Of a stretch of 64,000 nucleotides of DNA, positions 9,930 through 19,317 are shown piece after piece. The notes beneath the pieces were generated by a model. The model was not told the DNA's origin and did not search any database. It saw nothing but the letters and a program-made list of their open reading frames with translations. Both the position numbers and the translations under genes were made by a program. The stretch is from Candidatus Woesearchaeota archaeon (GTDB taxonomy: Archaea; Nanobdellota; Nanobdellia; SCGC-AAA011-G17; GW2011-AR18): the NCBI GenBank assembly GCA_018302545.1, contig JAGVZM010000002.1:2198-66197 (forward strand). The letters are read 5' to 3'. The number at the start of each line of letters is the position of its first letter. Position 1 is the first letter of the stretch.

Positions 9930-10448
9930 ATGAATTCAAAAAAAGGTGCGATTGAACTTTCTATGACTACTATCATAGTTATTGTATTAGGAGTAACTTT
10001 ACTAATTTTAGGTTTGGTTTTTGTAAGAGGAATATTTGATAAGTTAGGAGGATTAACAGAAAAGTCCTTCTTGATAGCAGATAAAGAATTACAAGATAGA
10101 ATTGGAGCTTCAGATAGAATCTATGTCCCCGGAGTGGACTTTGAATTAGAACCGGGAGCATCAACAACAATCACAATTGGAATACAAAATCTTGCAACAA
10201 ACGACGAAGCAACACCATCAACTTTTAAATTAGAAGTGAAACCTGGAGATGAAGCAAGTAAAAGATTAAAAGTAACTCTACCTCCAGAACAAAGCCTAAG
10301 GATAGGACAAAGTAAAGGATTACCTCTAAAGGTGCAATTACCAGAAGGTTCAAATCCTGGAACAAGTTATTCTTTAACTATTAGAGTTCTAAAAAATAAA
10401 GAATTATATGATGAACAATCAATATTCATTTCTGTAAAAAAATCTTAA
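9930..10448 (+). CDS. type IV pilin-like protein with class III signal peptide
   Basis: MNSKKGAIELSMTTIIVIVLGVTLLILGLVFV: KG followed by a charged residue then a hydrophobic helix; Thr/Ser-rich beta-rich C-terminal region. Confidence 0.45.
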   Translation: MNSKKGAIELSMTTIIVIVLGVTLLILGLVFVRGIFDKLGGLTEKSFLIADKELQDRIGASDRIYVPGVDFELEPGASTTITIGIQNLATNDEATPSTFKLEVKPGDEASKRLKVTLPPEQSLRIGQSKGLPLKVQLPEGSNPGTSYSLTIRVLKNKELYDEQSIFISVKKS

Positions 10449-10681
10449 AAGTAAAGTCTAGGGACATCTTCTCGTAATTCATGATCTAAACTATCCCTTA
10501 AATCCATATAGGATCTAACAGCAGGACGATAAAACTGAGAAAGAGAGATCATACCACTAGAAGCATTAACTCTTTCAGCAAGATCCATTAGAATAAGCGC
10601 TAAATCTTCTCCACAAAGGTCTTCTTTCTGAATTCGATTAAGTTCATTAGAGAGATTTTCCGCAGTTATTGGTTTTGCCAT
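10445..10681 (-). CDS. hypothetical small protein
   Basis: ORF only. Confidence 0.3.
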   Translation of the reverse strand: MAKPITAENLSNELNRIQKEDLCGEDLALILMDLAERVNASSGMISLSQFYRPAVRSYMDLRDSLDHELREDVPRLYF

Positions 10682-10717
10682 AAAATAAAAAGAAAATAAA
10701 GAAATTAATAAAATTAT

Positions 10718-11257
10718 CTAAGCAGCTTCCGGAATATTATTTAACTCATTATAATTATCTAAACTCTCTTTAGCTCTCTTCAAATAATTAATAGAAGTAA
10801 TTAAATATCCACAAACTAATATCTTATTTTTAGGTATAGGAAACATTCTTCTTTCCATCTCAGGACCCCACATATCTTTATTTAGGGTTTTTAAAATTCC
10901 AGAATCTTCAGATTCAAGAGCTAAAATCCAATTGTTAATCATATCTCTAAGTTGATCTAAACTCTTTATAGTATTCATAGTATTTACAGTATTCTTCAGT
11001 TTCTCTTCAATAAAAATAATTCCATTTCTAATCTCTTTCCTAATATTAATTAATTTAGCTTTAACATCTGTGTTATACATCTCATAATGCCTATGGGCTG
11101 GCTCAAATCCTTTCAAACCATCTAAGAAATTACCCATAAACTCAAAACCGCTCCTTAAATTAGTCTTAGCCACATCCAAATAAGAATTCATTTCCTCATC
11201 CATAACCTTTTTTCTTGTAGAAGGTAAACCCCCTTTAAAAAAATCAATGATTCCCAT
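10718..11257 (-). CDS. hypothetical protein
   Basis: ORF with typical composition; same-strand cluster with neighbours. Confidence 0.35.
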   Translation of the reverse strand: MGIIDFFKGGLPSTRKKVMDEEMNSYLDVAKTNLRSGFEFMGNFLDGLKGFEPAHRHYEMYNTDVKAKLINIRKEIRNGIIFIEEKLKNTVNTMNTIKSLDQLRDMINNWILALESEDSGILKTLNKDMWGPEMERRMFPIPKNKILVCGYLITSINYLKRAKESLDNYNELNNIPEAA

Positions 11258-11298
11258 AATACTAGAATAACTATTTTTAATTTAAATAGATTTCCATA

Positions 11299-11568
11299 CT
11301 ATATTTCATCTAATCTAAAAGATTTAGAAAAACTCTCAATTCTTTTATTAATCCTAAATCCTCTAAGGTTTATACCATATATTGAAGGCTTACCTTTATC
11401 TACAAACTTAACCCCACATTCAAGGGAGCTTAGTTTATTCTTTCTAACTTCACAATATAAATCCCCCTTATGTTCTTGATATTTAGTAAATACATAGTCT
11501 AATATCCCAAAATTATAACTAAAAGCAATTAAAAAAGCACTATATTTAATAGTCTGCCCCAATGTCAT
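11299..11568 (-). CDS. hypothetical protein
   Basis: ORF, start overlaps upstream gene stop. Confidence 0.3.
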   Translation of the reverse strand: MTLGQTIKYSAFLIAFSYNFGILDYVFTKYQEHKGDLYCEVRKNKLSSLECGVKFVDKGKPSIYGINLRGFRINKRIESFSKSFRLDEI

Positions 11569-11957
11569 TTATATTTCCCTCCCTTAATACAACTATAAAA
11601 TTCAGACTCCAGTTCCATCCATCTAAAAACAAGCCTTCTCTTTTCTTCCTCAGTAAATTTTTCAAAAGTATAATCTGGATCACCAACCATGAGCCCATCT
11701 TCTCTTAAGTATATAGGAATTCTTCTCTGATAAAAGTTAAGGTATAGTTCATATCTAGAATTAAAATTAATTACTCCCAAAACTCCAATATTCCTCCCCT
11801 GTTCTTTTGTAGGAAAACCAGGTTCAGCTTCATAAGGAATAGATTTTACCCTATTTATTATGCTTTCAATATTTTCATGATAACTATAAGTCAAAGAGGA
11901 AATAGCTAAAGCACCAAAAACAAAACTTAAACTTCTTCTTGTATTATTTAACGCCAT
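11565..11957 (-). CDS. hypothetical secreted protein
   Basis: signal peptide MALNNTRRSLSFVFGALAISSLTYS. Confidence 0.35.
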   Translation of the reverse strand: MALNNTRRSLSFVFGALAISSLTYSYHENIESIINRVKSIPYEAEPGFPTKEQGRNIGVLGVINFNSRYELYLNFYQRRIPIYLREDGLMVGDPDYTFEKFTEEEKRRLVFRWMELESEFYSCIKGGKYK

Positions 11958-12024
11958 AAGAAAAAATTTAAAACTAGATTAATAAATTCTAATAAAGAAT
12001 TTCCGAAAGATTTTCAAAAAAGTT

Positions 12025-12333
12025 TTAATCATCACTCTTTATGCCTAATCTTTCCTCTAATTCTCTTATCCTTTCATTATTTTTAATTCCAGAAGCAATA
12101 CCCATAACAGCAGCACCACCTATAACTTGAAGAGAAGAAAATAACTGACGCTGTTCTTCTAGAAGAGCACCTAGTATAGGTCCCTTTGAGATTTCATAAA
12201 GTTGTGTAGCCTCACTAGGAGCAACATATTTCAATAAAGAAATCCCCGTATAAAGACCTTGAATAGCATCCAAAACTCCAAAACCAACGGTGCTAAGACC
12301 AGCATACCACAAGAAATCATAATATTTTGCCAT
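12025..12333 (-). CDS. hypothetical membrane protein (glycine-zipper-like)
   Basis: two hydrophobic segments, GxxxG-rich. Confidence 0.35.
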   Translation of the reverse strand: MAKYYDFLWYAGLSTVGFGVLDAIQGLYTGISLLKYVAPSEATQLYEISKGPILGALLEEQRQLFSSLQVIGGAAVMGIASGIKNNERIRELEERLGIKSDD

Positions 12334-12377
12334 GTATAAATGACAAAAAGAAAAATATATAAAGGATGTGTAGAAAC

Positions 12378-12388
12378 CTTTTTAAATA
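12378..12388 (+). promoter_or_regulatory. TATA-like box for S19e operon
   Basis: CTTTTTAAATA about 65 nt upstream of ATG; AAGGAGC Shine-Dalgarno at 12438..12444. Confidence 0.3.
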
Positions 12389-12453
12389 CCTTAAAAGTCA
12401 CAAATTAATCTTAAAGGGCTAAAACCCAATTACTCCGAAAGGAGCTCAAGAAA

Positions 12454-12879
12454 ATGGTAACAATATACGACGGAGATATACAAAAATCTATAGAAAAACT
12501 TAGTTCTAGTTTAAAATCTAGTATTAAAGTACCAGAATGGGCAAAATTTGTCAAAACAAGCTCAGGAAAACAAAGACTTCCTGAAAATCCAGATTGGTAT
12601 TATATAAGGGCAGCATCTATTCTAATAACAGTATATAAAAGAGGTCCTATTGGAGTCTCAAAATTAAGAATGAAATATGGAACAAAAAAAGATAGGGGCC
12701 ATAAACCAGAAAAGTTTGTAAGAGCTTCTGGAAAAATAATAAGGGATATCTTACAACAATTAGATAAAGCAGATTTAACTATTTACAAAAAAGACGGAAT
12801 TCACAAAGGAAGAATAATTGCTCCTAAAGGAAGATCATTAGTTGATAAAAATGCAGTTATTATAAAAAATGAAAACTGA
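12454..12879 (+). CDS. rps19e: 30S ribosomal protein S19e
   Basis: PEWAKFVKTSSGKQRLPENPDWYYIRAASILITVYKRGPIGVSKLRMKYG. Confidence 0.85.
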   Translation: MVTIYDGDIQKSIEKLSSSLKSSIKVPEWAKFVKTSSGKQRLPENPDWYYIRAASILITVYKRGPIGVSKLRMKYGTKKDRGHKPEKFVRASGKIIRDILQQLDKADLTIYKKDGIHKGRIIAPKGRSLVDKNAVIIKNEN

Positions 12880-13114
12880 AAATAATTTAGAAGAAATGAA
12901 AAAAATGCAAGAACAAATAGCAAAGCTAGAGTTAATTGCAAAAAATCAAATGACTAATTCAGCAGTATCCAGATATGGAACATTAAAATCTGCACATCCA
13001 AAAAAAGCATTGCAAGCTGCAACAATAATTGCCCAATTAGTCTCACAAAATCAAATTCAAGAAAAAATAACAGATGAACAATTCAAACAATTATTAATAA
13101 GTATGGAGCAATAG
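12869..13114 (+). CDS. PDCD5/TFAR19-like dsDNA-binding protein
   Basis: conserved archaeal neighbour of rps19e; helical small protein with matching length. Confidence 0.65.
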   Translation: MKTENNLEEMKKMQEQIAKLELIAKNQMTNSAVSRYGTLKSAHPKKALQAATIIAQLVSQNQIQEKITDEQFKQLLISMEQ

Positions 13115-13289
13115 AATGGCAAGAAACAAACCAAAAGCAAAAAAACTAAGATTAGCAAAAGCAGCAAAACAAACAAAGTGGGCTCCCCTTTGGTTAGTTC
13201 CAAAAATAGAAAAAGGATTAAGAAAGGTTCATCCAGCAAGATATACAACTAAAAAAAGACACTGGAAAAAACATAAAATAAGTGCATAA
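13106..13289 (+). CDS. rpl39e: 50S ribosomal protein L39e
   Basis: [57 protein letters not shown]; not in the supplied ORF track (about 60 aa). Confidence 0.7.
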
Positions 13290-13824
13290 GAAAATGGCAG
13301 AAGAAAAAACATTCACAATAAATTTAAGAAGAGAATTCATAAAAAAGCCTAATTATAAGAGAAGTAAGAAGGCAATAACTGCAATAAAAGAATATACATT
13401 AAAACATTTAAAGACAAAGGAAGTAAAAATAGGGCCAAAATTAAACCTAAAAATATGGGAAAGAGGAAGAAAGAATCCTCCACCAAAAGTAAAAGTAAAG
13501 GCAATCGTCGAAGATAATATAGCTTATGTTGAACTTCCAGGTTTCGAATTCATTAAACAAAAGCCAAAAGAAGAAAAAAAGTCAGTAGCAGATAAATTAT
13601 TAGGTAAAAAAACACAATCAGAACAAAAACAAGAAGAAAAGAAAGCTGAAGAAAAAGAATTAGCAAAAGAAGCTGAAAAGGAAATAGAAGTTAAAGAAAA
13701 AAAAGAACATAAAAAGGGGATAACAGCCCAAAAAACAAAAACTCAAGAAGAAATGATTGAAAAAGTTAAAGACGAAGGTCAAAAAATAGGCAGAACAGGT
13801 AAAAAAGGTTCAAAGAGTCAATAA
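13282..13824 (+). CDS. rpl31e: 50S ribosomal protein L31e with about 90-aa K/E-rich C-terminal extension
   Basis: [64 protein letters not shown] then low-complexity KE tail. Confidence 0.8.
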   Translation: MHKKMAEEKTFTINLRREFIKKPNYKRSKKAITAIKEYTLKHLKTKEVKIGPKLNLKIWERGRKNPPPKVKVKAIVEDNIAYVELPGFEFIKQKPKEEKKSVADKLLGKKTQSEQKQEEKKAEEKELAKEAEKEIEVKEKKEHKKGITAQKTKTQEEMIEKVKDEGQKIGRTGKKGSKSQ

Positions 13825-13863
13825 AATCAAAATCCTTTAATATATTTCTAAAATACATTTTCC

Positions 13864-14064
13864 ATGGAAAAAAATCTAAGTTATGAAAAAGAATTAGAAT
13901 TAGCTGAAGATTATGCAAATGATGGCCCTTATGATTGGGATGAAGAACATATGGAAAGATGTCTCAGAAAGGCAATAGAGAAAGCTAAGAAAGAAGGTGT
14001 TGATATCTCAAAAGAAGTAGAGCGTATAAGAAAAATTTGGAAGGATCAAGAAAATGGAAAATAA
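13864..14064 (+). CDS. hypothetical small acidic protein
   Basis: ORF only. Confidence 0.25.
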   Translation: MEKNLSYEKELELAEDYANDGPYDWDEEHMERCLRKAIEKAKKEGVDISKEVERIRKIWKDQENGK

Positions 14065-14141
14065 ATTACCTTATGAAAATCTTTCGGAAATTCTTAGTAA
14101 ATCATTATAAGGGATAAAAGATTATATAAGTTAATTCTAAA

Positions 14142-15557
14142 ATGAAAGTAATAGCTAGAGAGATAATCCAAAATAAAATATTATATGATTTAATATACAA
14201 AGAAAAGTATGACTTTAAAACAAAATTAAAGATTTTTTTGGGTAATCGTCCTTTCATTACAATATTAAAAAAACAAAGAGAAAGAAATAAACTTTATGAA
14301 GGAGAATTAGTTGTAGTAAGGATTAATAAAGAAAATAGAATATACGAATTCATAACAAAAATTAGGGAATGGGGAAAAATAAATATCCCCATTAAAATAA
14401 TTAAAGATTTATCAATAAAAAACAAAGAAAAATTAAAGATAGAATTAATTAAAAATAAAGAATTTAAAAACATAAACAGAGAAAACACTATAAATCTAAC
14501 GAACATAATAAGGTTTAATAAGAAGTTAGAGATTATAAATAGAAATGAAAAGTATATAACAATTTACAAAACAAGTTGTATACCAATTACAATTCCTAGA
14601 ATAATAAAGATAAATGAAGATTTGATAGAAGCAATTTATTTACTGCATGGAGATGGACATTATCAAAAAAAATTATATTTTTCAAACAAGAATTATGATC
14701 TACATAAATTTATAATAAACACTTTCAATAAACAATTATTTATTCCTAAAAAACTATGGAGATATAGAATTAACCACAATAAAAGAGAATTAATAGATAA
14801 AGCAAAAAATTTTTGGATAGAAAATTTAAAGGCAAATAAAAAGAGATTTTATGAAACAAGAAAATTAAGCAGTTTTAATACAGTAAAATATGGAAACTTA
14901 AGATCAATAATAGATAATACAATAGTTTCAGAAATATTCAATTATTTAATTCATAAAATCAAAATAGATAAAGAAAGACTAAGTTTAATTGCTTTAAATG
15001 GAATACTCTCAGCAGAGGGGAATGCTCAAATAGATAAAAAAGGTTTGCACAAAATAACAATTGCATATAACGAAGACGAGAAACAAATGTTCATTAATTT
15101 ATTAATAAAATCAAACCTAAAGAATTTCAAAATAGAACAGAATAAAAGGTTTTGTATTAGAAAATGGGAGCACCAATACAAATTCATCAAAAAATTTCTT
15201 TCAAATAATCTTATACCCTTCAATAAACATAGTGAGAGAAGATTAAACCTTATAATAGGTTTTCTAAATCATTCATACACAAGATCTGCAATAAAATATC
15301 TAGAGATATTAAAACAAGGAAAGAGTTATGAAGAGATAGCAAAAACATTAAATCATAGAAAGGATTCAGTTTTAGAGTTACTCAAAAAAGATAGATATAA
15401 AAAGTTTACTAAGAAAACAATTTCAGGTAAGATTAAGATAAATAAGAGAGGTAAAGAGTTTATAGAAATAACAGAAAAATTAAAAAACATGTTAAAAGAA
15501 ACAGAAAAAGAATATTTAGAGTACATAAAACCAATAAACAAATTCAAGGAGGAGTAA
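14142..15557 (+). CDS. free-standing LAGLIDADG homing-endonuclease-like protein (two motifs)
   Basis: motif 1 IYLLHGDGHY, motif 2 LNGILSAEGNA about 120 aa apart, each followed by the typical helix/sheet pattern; K/N-rich; C-terminal HTH-like segment. Confidence 0.5.
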   Translation: MKVIAREIIQNKILYDLIYKEKYDFKTKLKIFLGNRPFITILKKQRERNKLYEGELVVVRINKENRIYEFITKIREWGKINIPIKIIKDLSIKNKEKLKIELIKNKEFKNINRENTINLTNIIRFNKKLEIINRNEKYITIYKTSCIPITIPRIIKINEDLIEAIYLLHGDGHYQKKLYFSNKNYDLHKFIINTFNKQLFIPKKLWRYRINHNKRELIDKAKNFWIENLKANKKRFYETRKLSSFNTVKYGNLRSIIDNTIVSEIFNYLIHKIKIDKERLSLIALNGILSAEGNAQIDKKGLHKITIAYNEDEKQMFINLLIKSNLKNFKIEQNKRFCIRKWEHQYKFIKKFLSNNLIPFNKHSERRLNLIIGFLNHSYTRSAIKYLEILKQGKSYEEIAKTLNHRKDSVLELLKKDRYKKFTKKTISGKIKINKRGKEFIEITEKLKNMLKETEKEYLEYIKPINKFKEE

Positions 15558-16562
15558 ATGAAATTACCGTTTGAAGAAGAAAATAGAAAAATTTTAGTGA
15601 AGAAAGAAGCTTCCACAGATCCCAAATTTGGGAAAAAACCAGAAGAACGAACAGTAAGAGAACTGTTAGAGTCTTCGGTAATATGTTTAAACAAAGTAGA
15701 AGGTCCTTCTTCACACCAAGTAGCAGACTATGCAAAAAAAGCTCTAGAAGTAGAAAAAATCGGTCACGGCGGGACACTTGGAATCTTTTAAGATTAGTGA
15801 AATCCTGCAGTAACTGGGGTTCTACCTATATCTATAGGAAAAGCTACAAGAATAATGGAGGCTCTTCTAAAATCAGGAAAAGAATATATTTGTTTAATGC
15901 ACATACATACTAAAGTTCAACAATCAAAGATACACAAAGTAGCTAAACAATTCTTAGGAAAAATAACCCAAATGCCTCCTGTAAAGTCTGCAATTAAAAG
16001 ACAATTAAGACAAAGAGAAATTTATTACTTAGAAATCCTAGAAATAAAAGATCAAGATGTACTTTTCAAAGTAGGATGTCAAGCAGGAACCTACATAAGA
16101 ACACTCTGTGTTGGATTTGGAAAAGAATTAGGAACCAATGCGCACATGCAGCAATTGATAAGAACAAAGGCAGGACCATTTAATGACAAAGAATGGTATT
16201 CTCTACAAGACATAAAAGACGCATATCAATTATACAGAGAAGAAAAAGAAGAACAATTAAAGAAAATTCTAAAACCAATAGAGTTTGCCATACAACATTT
16301 ACCTAAAGTATGGGTAAATGATAATACTATAGATTCAATATGCCATGGCGCATCATTAAAAGTCCCAGGAATAATAAAAGTCCATTCAAAGATAGAAAAA
16401 GAAGAATTAGTAGCTATAATGACTTTAAAAGAAGAATTAGTTGCTTTAGGAACATCAAAGATGAATTCAGAAGAAATGATAAAAAATCAAAAAGGATTAG
16501 CAATAAAAACAACAAAAGTCTTTATGGATCGAAATACATACCCTAATTTTAAAAAAGCTTAA
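15558..16562 (+). CDS. cbf5: H/ACA RNP pseudouridine synthase Cbf5 (TruB family), interrupted by a 21-nt BHB intron at 15781..15801; spliced product about 327 aa
   Basis: exon 1 ends ...EVEKIGHGGTL + G; exon 2 supplies AT-CCT-GCA... giving [35 protein letters not shown]; colinear with Cbf5 through the C-terminal PUA domain. Confidence 0.8.
15781..15801 (+). other. predicted archaeal BHB (bulge-helix-bulge) pre-mRNA intron in cbf5
   Basis: GAATCTTTTAAGATTAGTGAA holds TAA, TAG and TGA in frame; exon CACT pairs intron AGTG (4-bp central helix); 3-nt bulges TG|G and AA|A; 6-bp outer helices GCGGGA/TCCTGC and AATCTT/AAGATT. Confidence 0.75.
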
Positions 16563-16586
16563 AAATATTTCTGATAAACTTTTAAA

Positions 16587-16808
16587 ATGACAAAATGTAA
16601 ATATGAATATCAACAAATAGGATACATTAATTGCAATTATAATGGAGAATGTCCATATAAAAAATTAAATGAAGGAATTAGATGGGAATTAGATGAACTA
16701 GGTCCTACCTGTGAAAGACCTAAAGACCTAGAACCCCCAAAATTAGTAGATCTCCCAAATAAAAATAGAAGGCTAGAAACAATATTAGAATTTCTTCACC
16801 TAGTATAA
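16587..16808 (+). CDS. hypothetical small Cys-containing protein
   Basis: ORF with 4 Cys. Confidence 0.3.
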   Translation: MTKCKYEYQQIGYINCNYNGECPYKKLNEGIRWELDELGPTCERPKDLEPPKLVDLPNKNRRLETILEFLHLV

Positions 16809-18868
16809 ACAACATCATACTTAACTAGATTACATTCCTTATGACTCTTAACCTCAACGAAATTCTTCAAAATTTTCAAAACATCTTCAAGATTATATTT
16901 AATCTCCAATTTATCATCAAAACTAAAGGGAATAAATTCATTCTTTTCATAACAAACAAATTCATTCAATCTCAATAAGGTATTCAAATTATTATGAAAA
17001 ACAAACCCATTACCTTCCTGAACTAAAAACATTTTACTAACTAAACTAGTTAATAAACTCAAAGCTTTAGAAAATTGTATTCCTGTTTTAGCAAATACAT
17101 CTGCAGCAGTAAATTTTTTATTCATTTCTATACAAGTAGCTAAAACTTTTATCTCTTCTTTACTCAATTTATCAAAATCCAAGAAAAAATCAACACCAAC
17201 TCCCCTCTCAAGATCGTTAATTATCTGCCCATTATATAGATTAATTAAAAGATTAAACTCTTTATTATTTTTTATACAAGTAAACATATAACATGGGATC
17301 ATAATAGCTTTCAGACTCTCAATCTTCCTATTAACCAAACCTTTAATCTCTTCTTTAGTAACCTTAGGTCTTATCATACTAACAACTTCCTTACCAGTAT
17401 CATTCCATTGTCTTTTTTTAACTTCAACATCTTCAGAAATTAATTGTTTAGGTAATTCTTCATATTCAATATCCGCATCAACAAAAGTACCAACAACATC
17501 TATACTTTGACCACCATGCAAAGTCATTCTAGGTCTGACATCAATAAACAAAGGCATATCAGAAATACCCACAAGCATAGCAGTTCCTACATGCAAATTA
17601 ACAATTTCCTTCTCAGTCTCAGAAGTTATACCTTCAACAGAATTACTTATAGATTTAAGATCATTAGGATTAGTTATTTTTAATATAAATTGAGTACTAC
17701 ATTGTGAAAGAACAGTCTTGTCTAAACGTGCAGGTCTTTGTGTAACTAAAGCAACACCTAAACCGAACTTTCTACCTTCAGCTATTACTTGTCTTAAAAT
17801 AGGAGAGCTTTTAGCTTCTCCAAAATTTCTTTCAGGAGAATAATTATGAGCTTCCTCCACAACCAAAAAAAATGGTGGAATTTCCCCTCTTTTTCTAGCA
17901 CTAAATAAATCATTAACTAATTTATAAACAATAATCTCTTGCACTTCTTGGGGCACCCCTCTTAAATTAAGAATACTACATTTTCCAACTTTAACCAAAT
18001 CATTTGGAGTTGTACCATCAGATTCAGAAAATATATTTAAACTTTTCAAATAATCAATAACATTTATTAAAGTCCATTTAGCATTATTCTCTTCTGATTG
18101 TAAACTCAGCATTAATTGATCAAAATCATTTACTCTATTAATATTACTTAAAGCACCATACAATAAACCCATTTGACTGCCGCTTAATTTAGCAGGAAGC
18201 ATATGCATTAATTCACTTCCAGTCATGCCTTTTGTATTTAATTTTAAAAGTTTAGCTTCTGGATTTTTCTCAACATCAGGACTAAATTCTTGTATTTGTT
18301 TAAAATAACCTTTAGGTTCTAATCCGAATTTTTTTAACATCTCTCCATCTTTACTAGGATACTTTAAACTAGAATATTCTCCATGTGGATCAATAACAAC
18401 AATTGGAATTTTTCTTTCTAAAATTTCTTCTAAAAGAATAGAAACCAAATATGACTTTCCAGATCCAGACTTAGCTAATACTGCTAGATGTTTAGTAATT
18501 ATTTTATTTAAATCCAAATAAACTTTAATATTTTCTCTATCTTCTAACACCCCCACATAAGCACCCCTTTTACTTTCTTTTAAACCCAAAATATTCCTAA
18601 CTATCTCATCTTCAGCATATTCTATCTCTGCACCGGGTTCCAATGGTGTCCTTAAATTTCTTAAAATACCAAATTTATCTCTATAACCCATAATATTACA
18701 TTTAGCTTTAGTTTCTTCTTTCTCTTTTTGAACATCTACAATTTGAGCTAAAACAATATAATCTTCTTTATGTTTCGCTTTAACATACATAAATTTCTTA
18801 GCAGTATCCTCTACTAGAAAGTAAAATTCATTAGTACCACTTTTTCCAATTATATGTCCAAGGACCAT
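16796..18868 (-). CDS. herA: HerA-like (DUF87/FtsK-HerA superfamily) P-loop ATPase with about 200-aa C-terminal extension
   Basis: HAS-barrel-like N-terminus, Walker A AKSGSGKSYLVS, VIDPHGEY, Walker B VVEEAHNY, VALVTQRPARLDKTVLSQCSTQFILKITNPNDL. Confidence 0.7.
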   Translation of the reverse strand: MVLGHIIGKSGTNEFYFLVEDTAKKFMYVKAKHKEDYIVLAQIVDVQKEKEETKAKCNIMGYRDKFGILRNLRTPLEPGAEIEYAEDEIVRNILGLKESKRGAYVGVLEDRENIKVYLDLNKIITKHLAVLAKSGSGKSYLVSILLEEILERKIPIVVIDPHGEYSSLKYPSKDGEMLKKFGLEPKGYFKQIQEFSPDVEKNPEAKLLKLNTKGMTGSELMHMLPAKLSGSQMGLLYGALSNINRVNDFDQLMLSLQSEENNAKWTLINVIDYLKSLNIFSESDGTTPNDLVKVGKCSILNLRGVPQEVQEIIVYKLVNDLFSARKRGEIPPFFLVVEEAHNYSPERNFGEAKSSPILRQVIAEGRKFGLGVALVTQRPARLDKTVLSQCSTQFILKITNPNDLKSISNSVEGITSETEKEIVNLHVGTAMLVGISDMPLFIDVRPRMTLHGGQSIDVVGTFVDADIEYEELPKQLISEDVEVKKRQWNDTGKEVVSMIRPKVTKEEIKGLVNRKIESLKAIMIPCYMFTCIKNNKEFNLLINLYNGQIINDLERGVGVDFFLDFDKLSKEEIKVLATCIEMNKKFTAADVFAKTGIQFSKALSLLTSLVSKMFLVQEGNGFVFHNNLNTLLRLNEFVCYEKNEFIPFSFDDKLEIKYNLEDVLKILKNFVEVKSHKECNLVKYDVVYTR

Positions 18869-18970
18869 TACAAAACTTGATTTCTTAGCTTATTTATAAA
18901 ATTTTGTCATAAAAATAATAAAAAAGAAAAAATAAGTAAAATAAGATTAAAACCAATATAATTATTAGAA

Positions 18971-19156
18971 TTATTGCTCTTTCTTATTTCTATAGCAGTC
19001 TTTACAAAAAACCTCTCTTCCTTCAGATGGCTTGAATGGTACTTCACATTCCTGTCCGCATGAAGAACAAGTTGCTTTGTGCATCTCTCTAGGGCCTCTA
19101 TTAAAGTTGCCTCTACTACCGCCTCTGTGGCCTCTGTGCTCAAAACTATTTTCCAT
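18971..19156 (-). CDS. zinc-ribbon protein (CxxC...CxxC, zf-trcl-like)
   Basis: CSSCGQECEVPFKPSEGREVFCKDCYRNKK; preferred over the overlapping 104-aa ORF 18907..19221. Confidence 0.45.
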   Translation of the reverse strand: MENSFEHRGHRGGSRGNFNRGPREMHKATCSSCGQECEVPFKPSEGREVFCKDCYRNKKEQ

Positions 19157-19317
19157 TTATCTCTCCTAAATAATACAAAGAACGAAACCTTCATATCATT
19201 TAAAAAATGCAATAAAATCACTATTTATATAAGTTACGTTTCTAAAAATAGCTTAAAAAAAGGCAATTGATGAGAATAAATAGAATCTTTTATAATTCTT
19301 TCCAAATTTAATACATT

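Noticed and set aside
15558-16562. cbf5 as a frameshifted pseudogene (two ORFs 15558..15791 and 15855..16562)
   Set aside because: Exact removal of a 21-nt BHB-folding insert restores the conserved GHGGTLDP motif and reading frame; an intron is the better explanation.
18907-19221. 104-aa ORF overlapping the zinc-ribbon gene in another frame
   Set aside because: Low-complexity, hydrophobic AT-rich translation; the 61-aa CxxC...CxxC ORF in the other frame has a recognisable fold.
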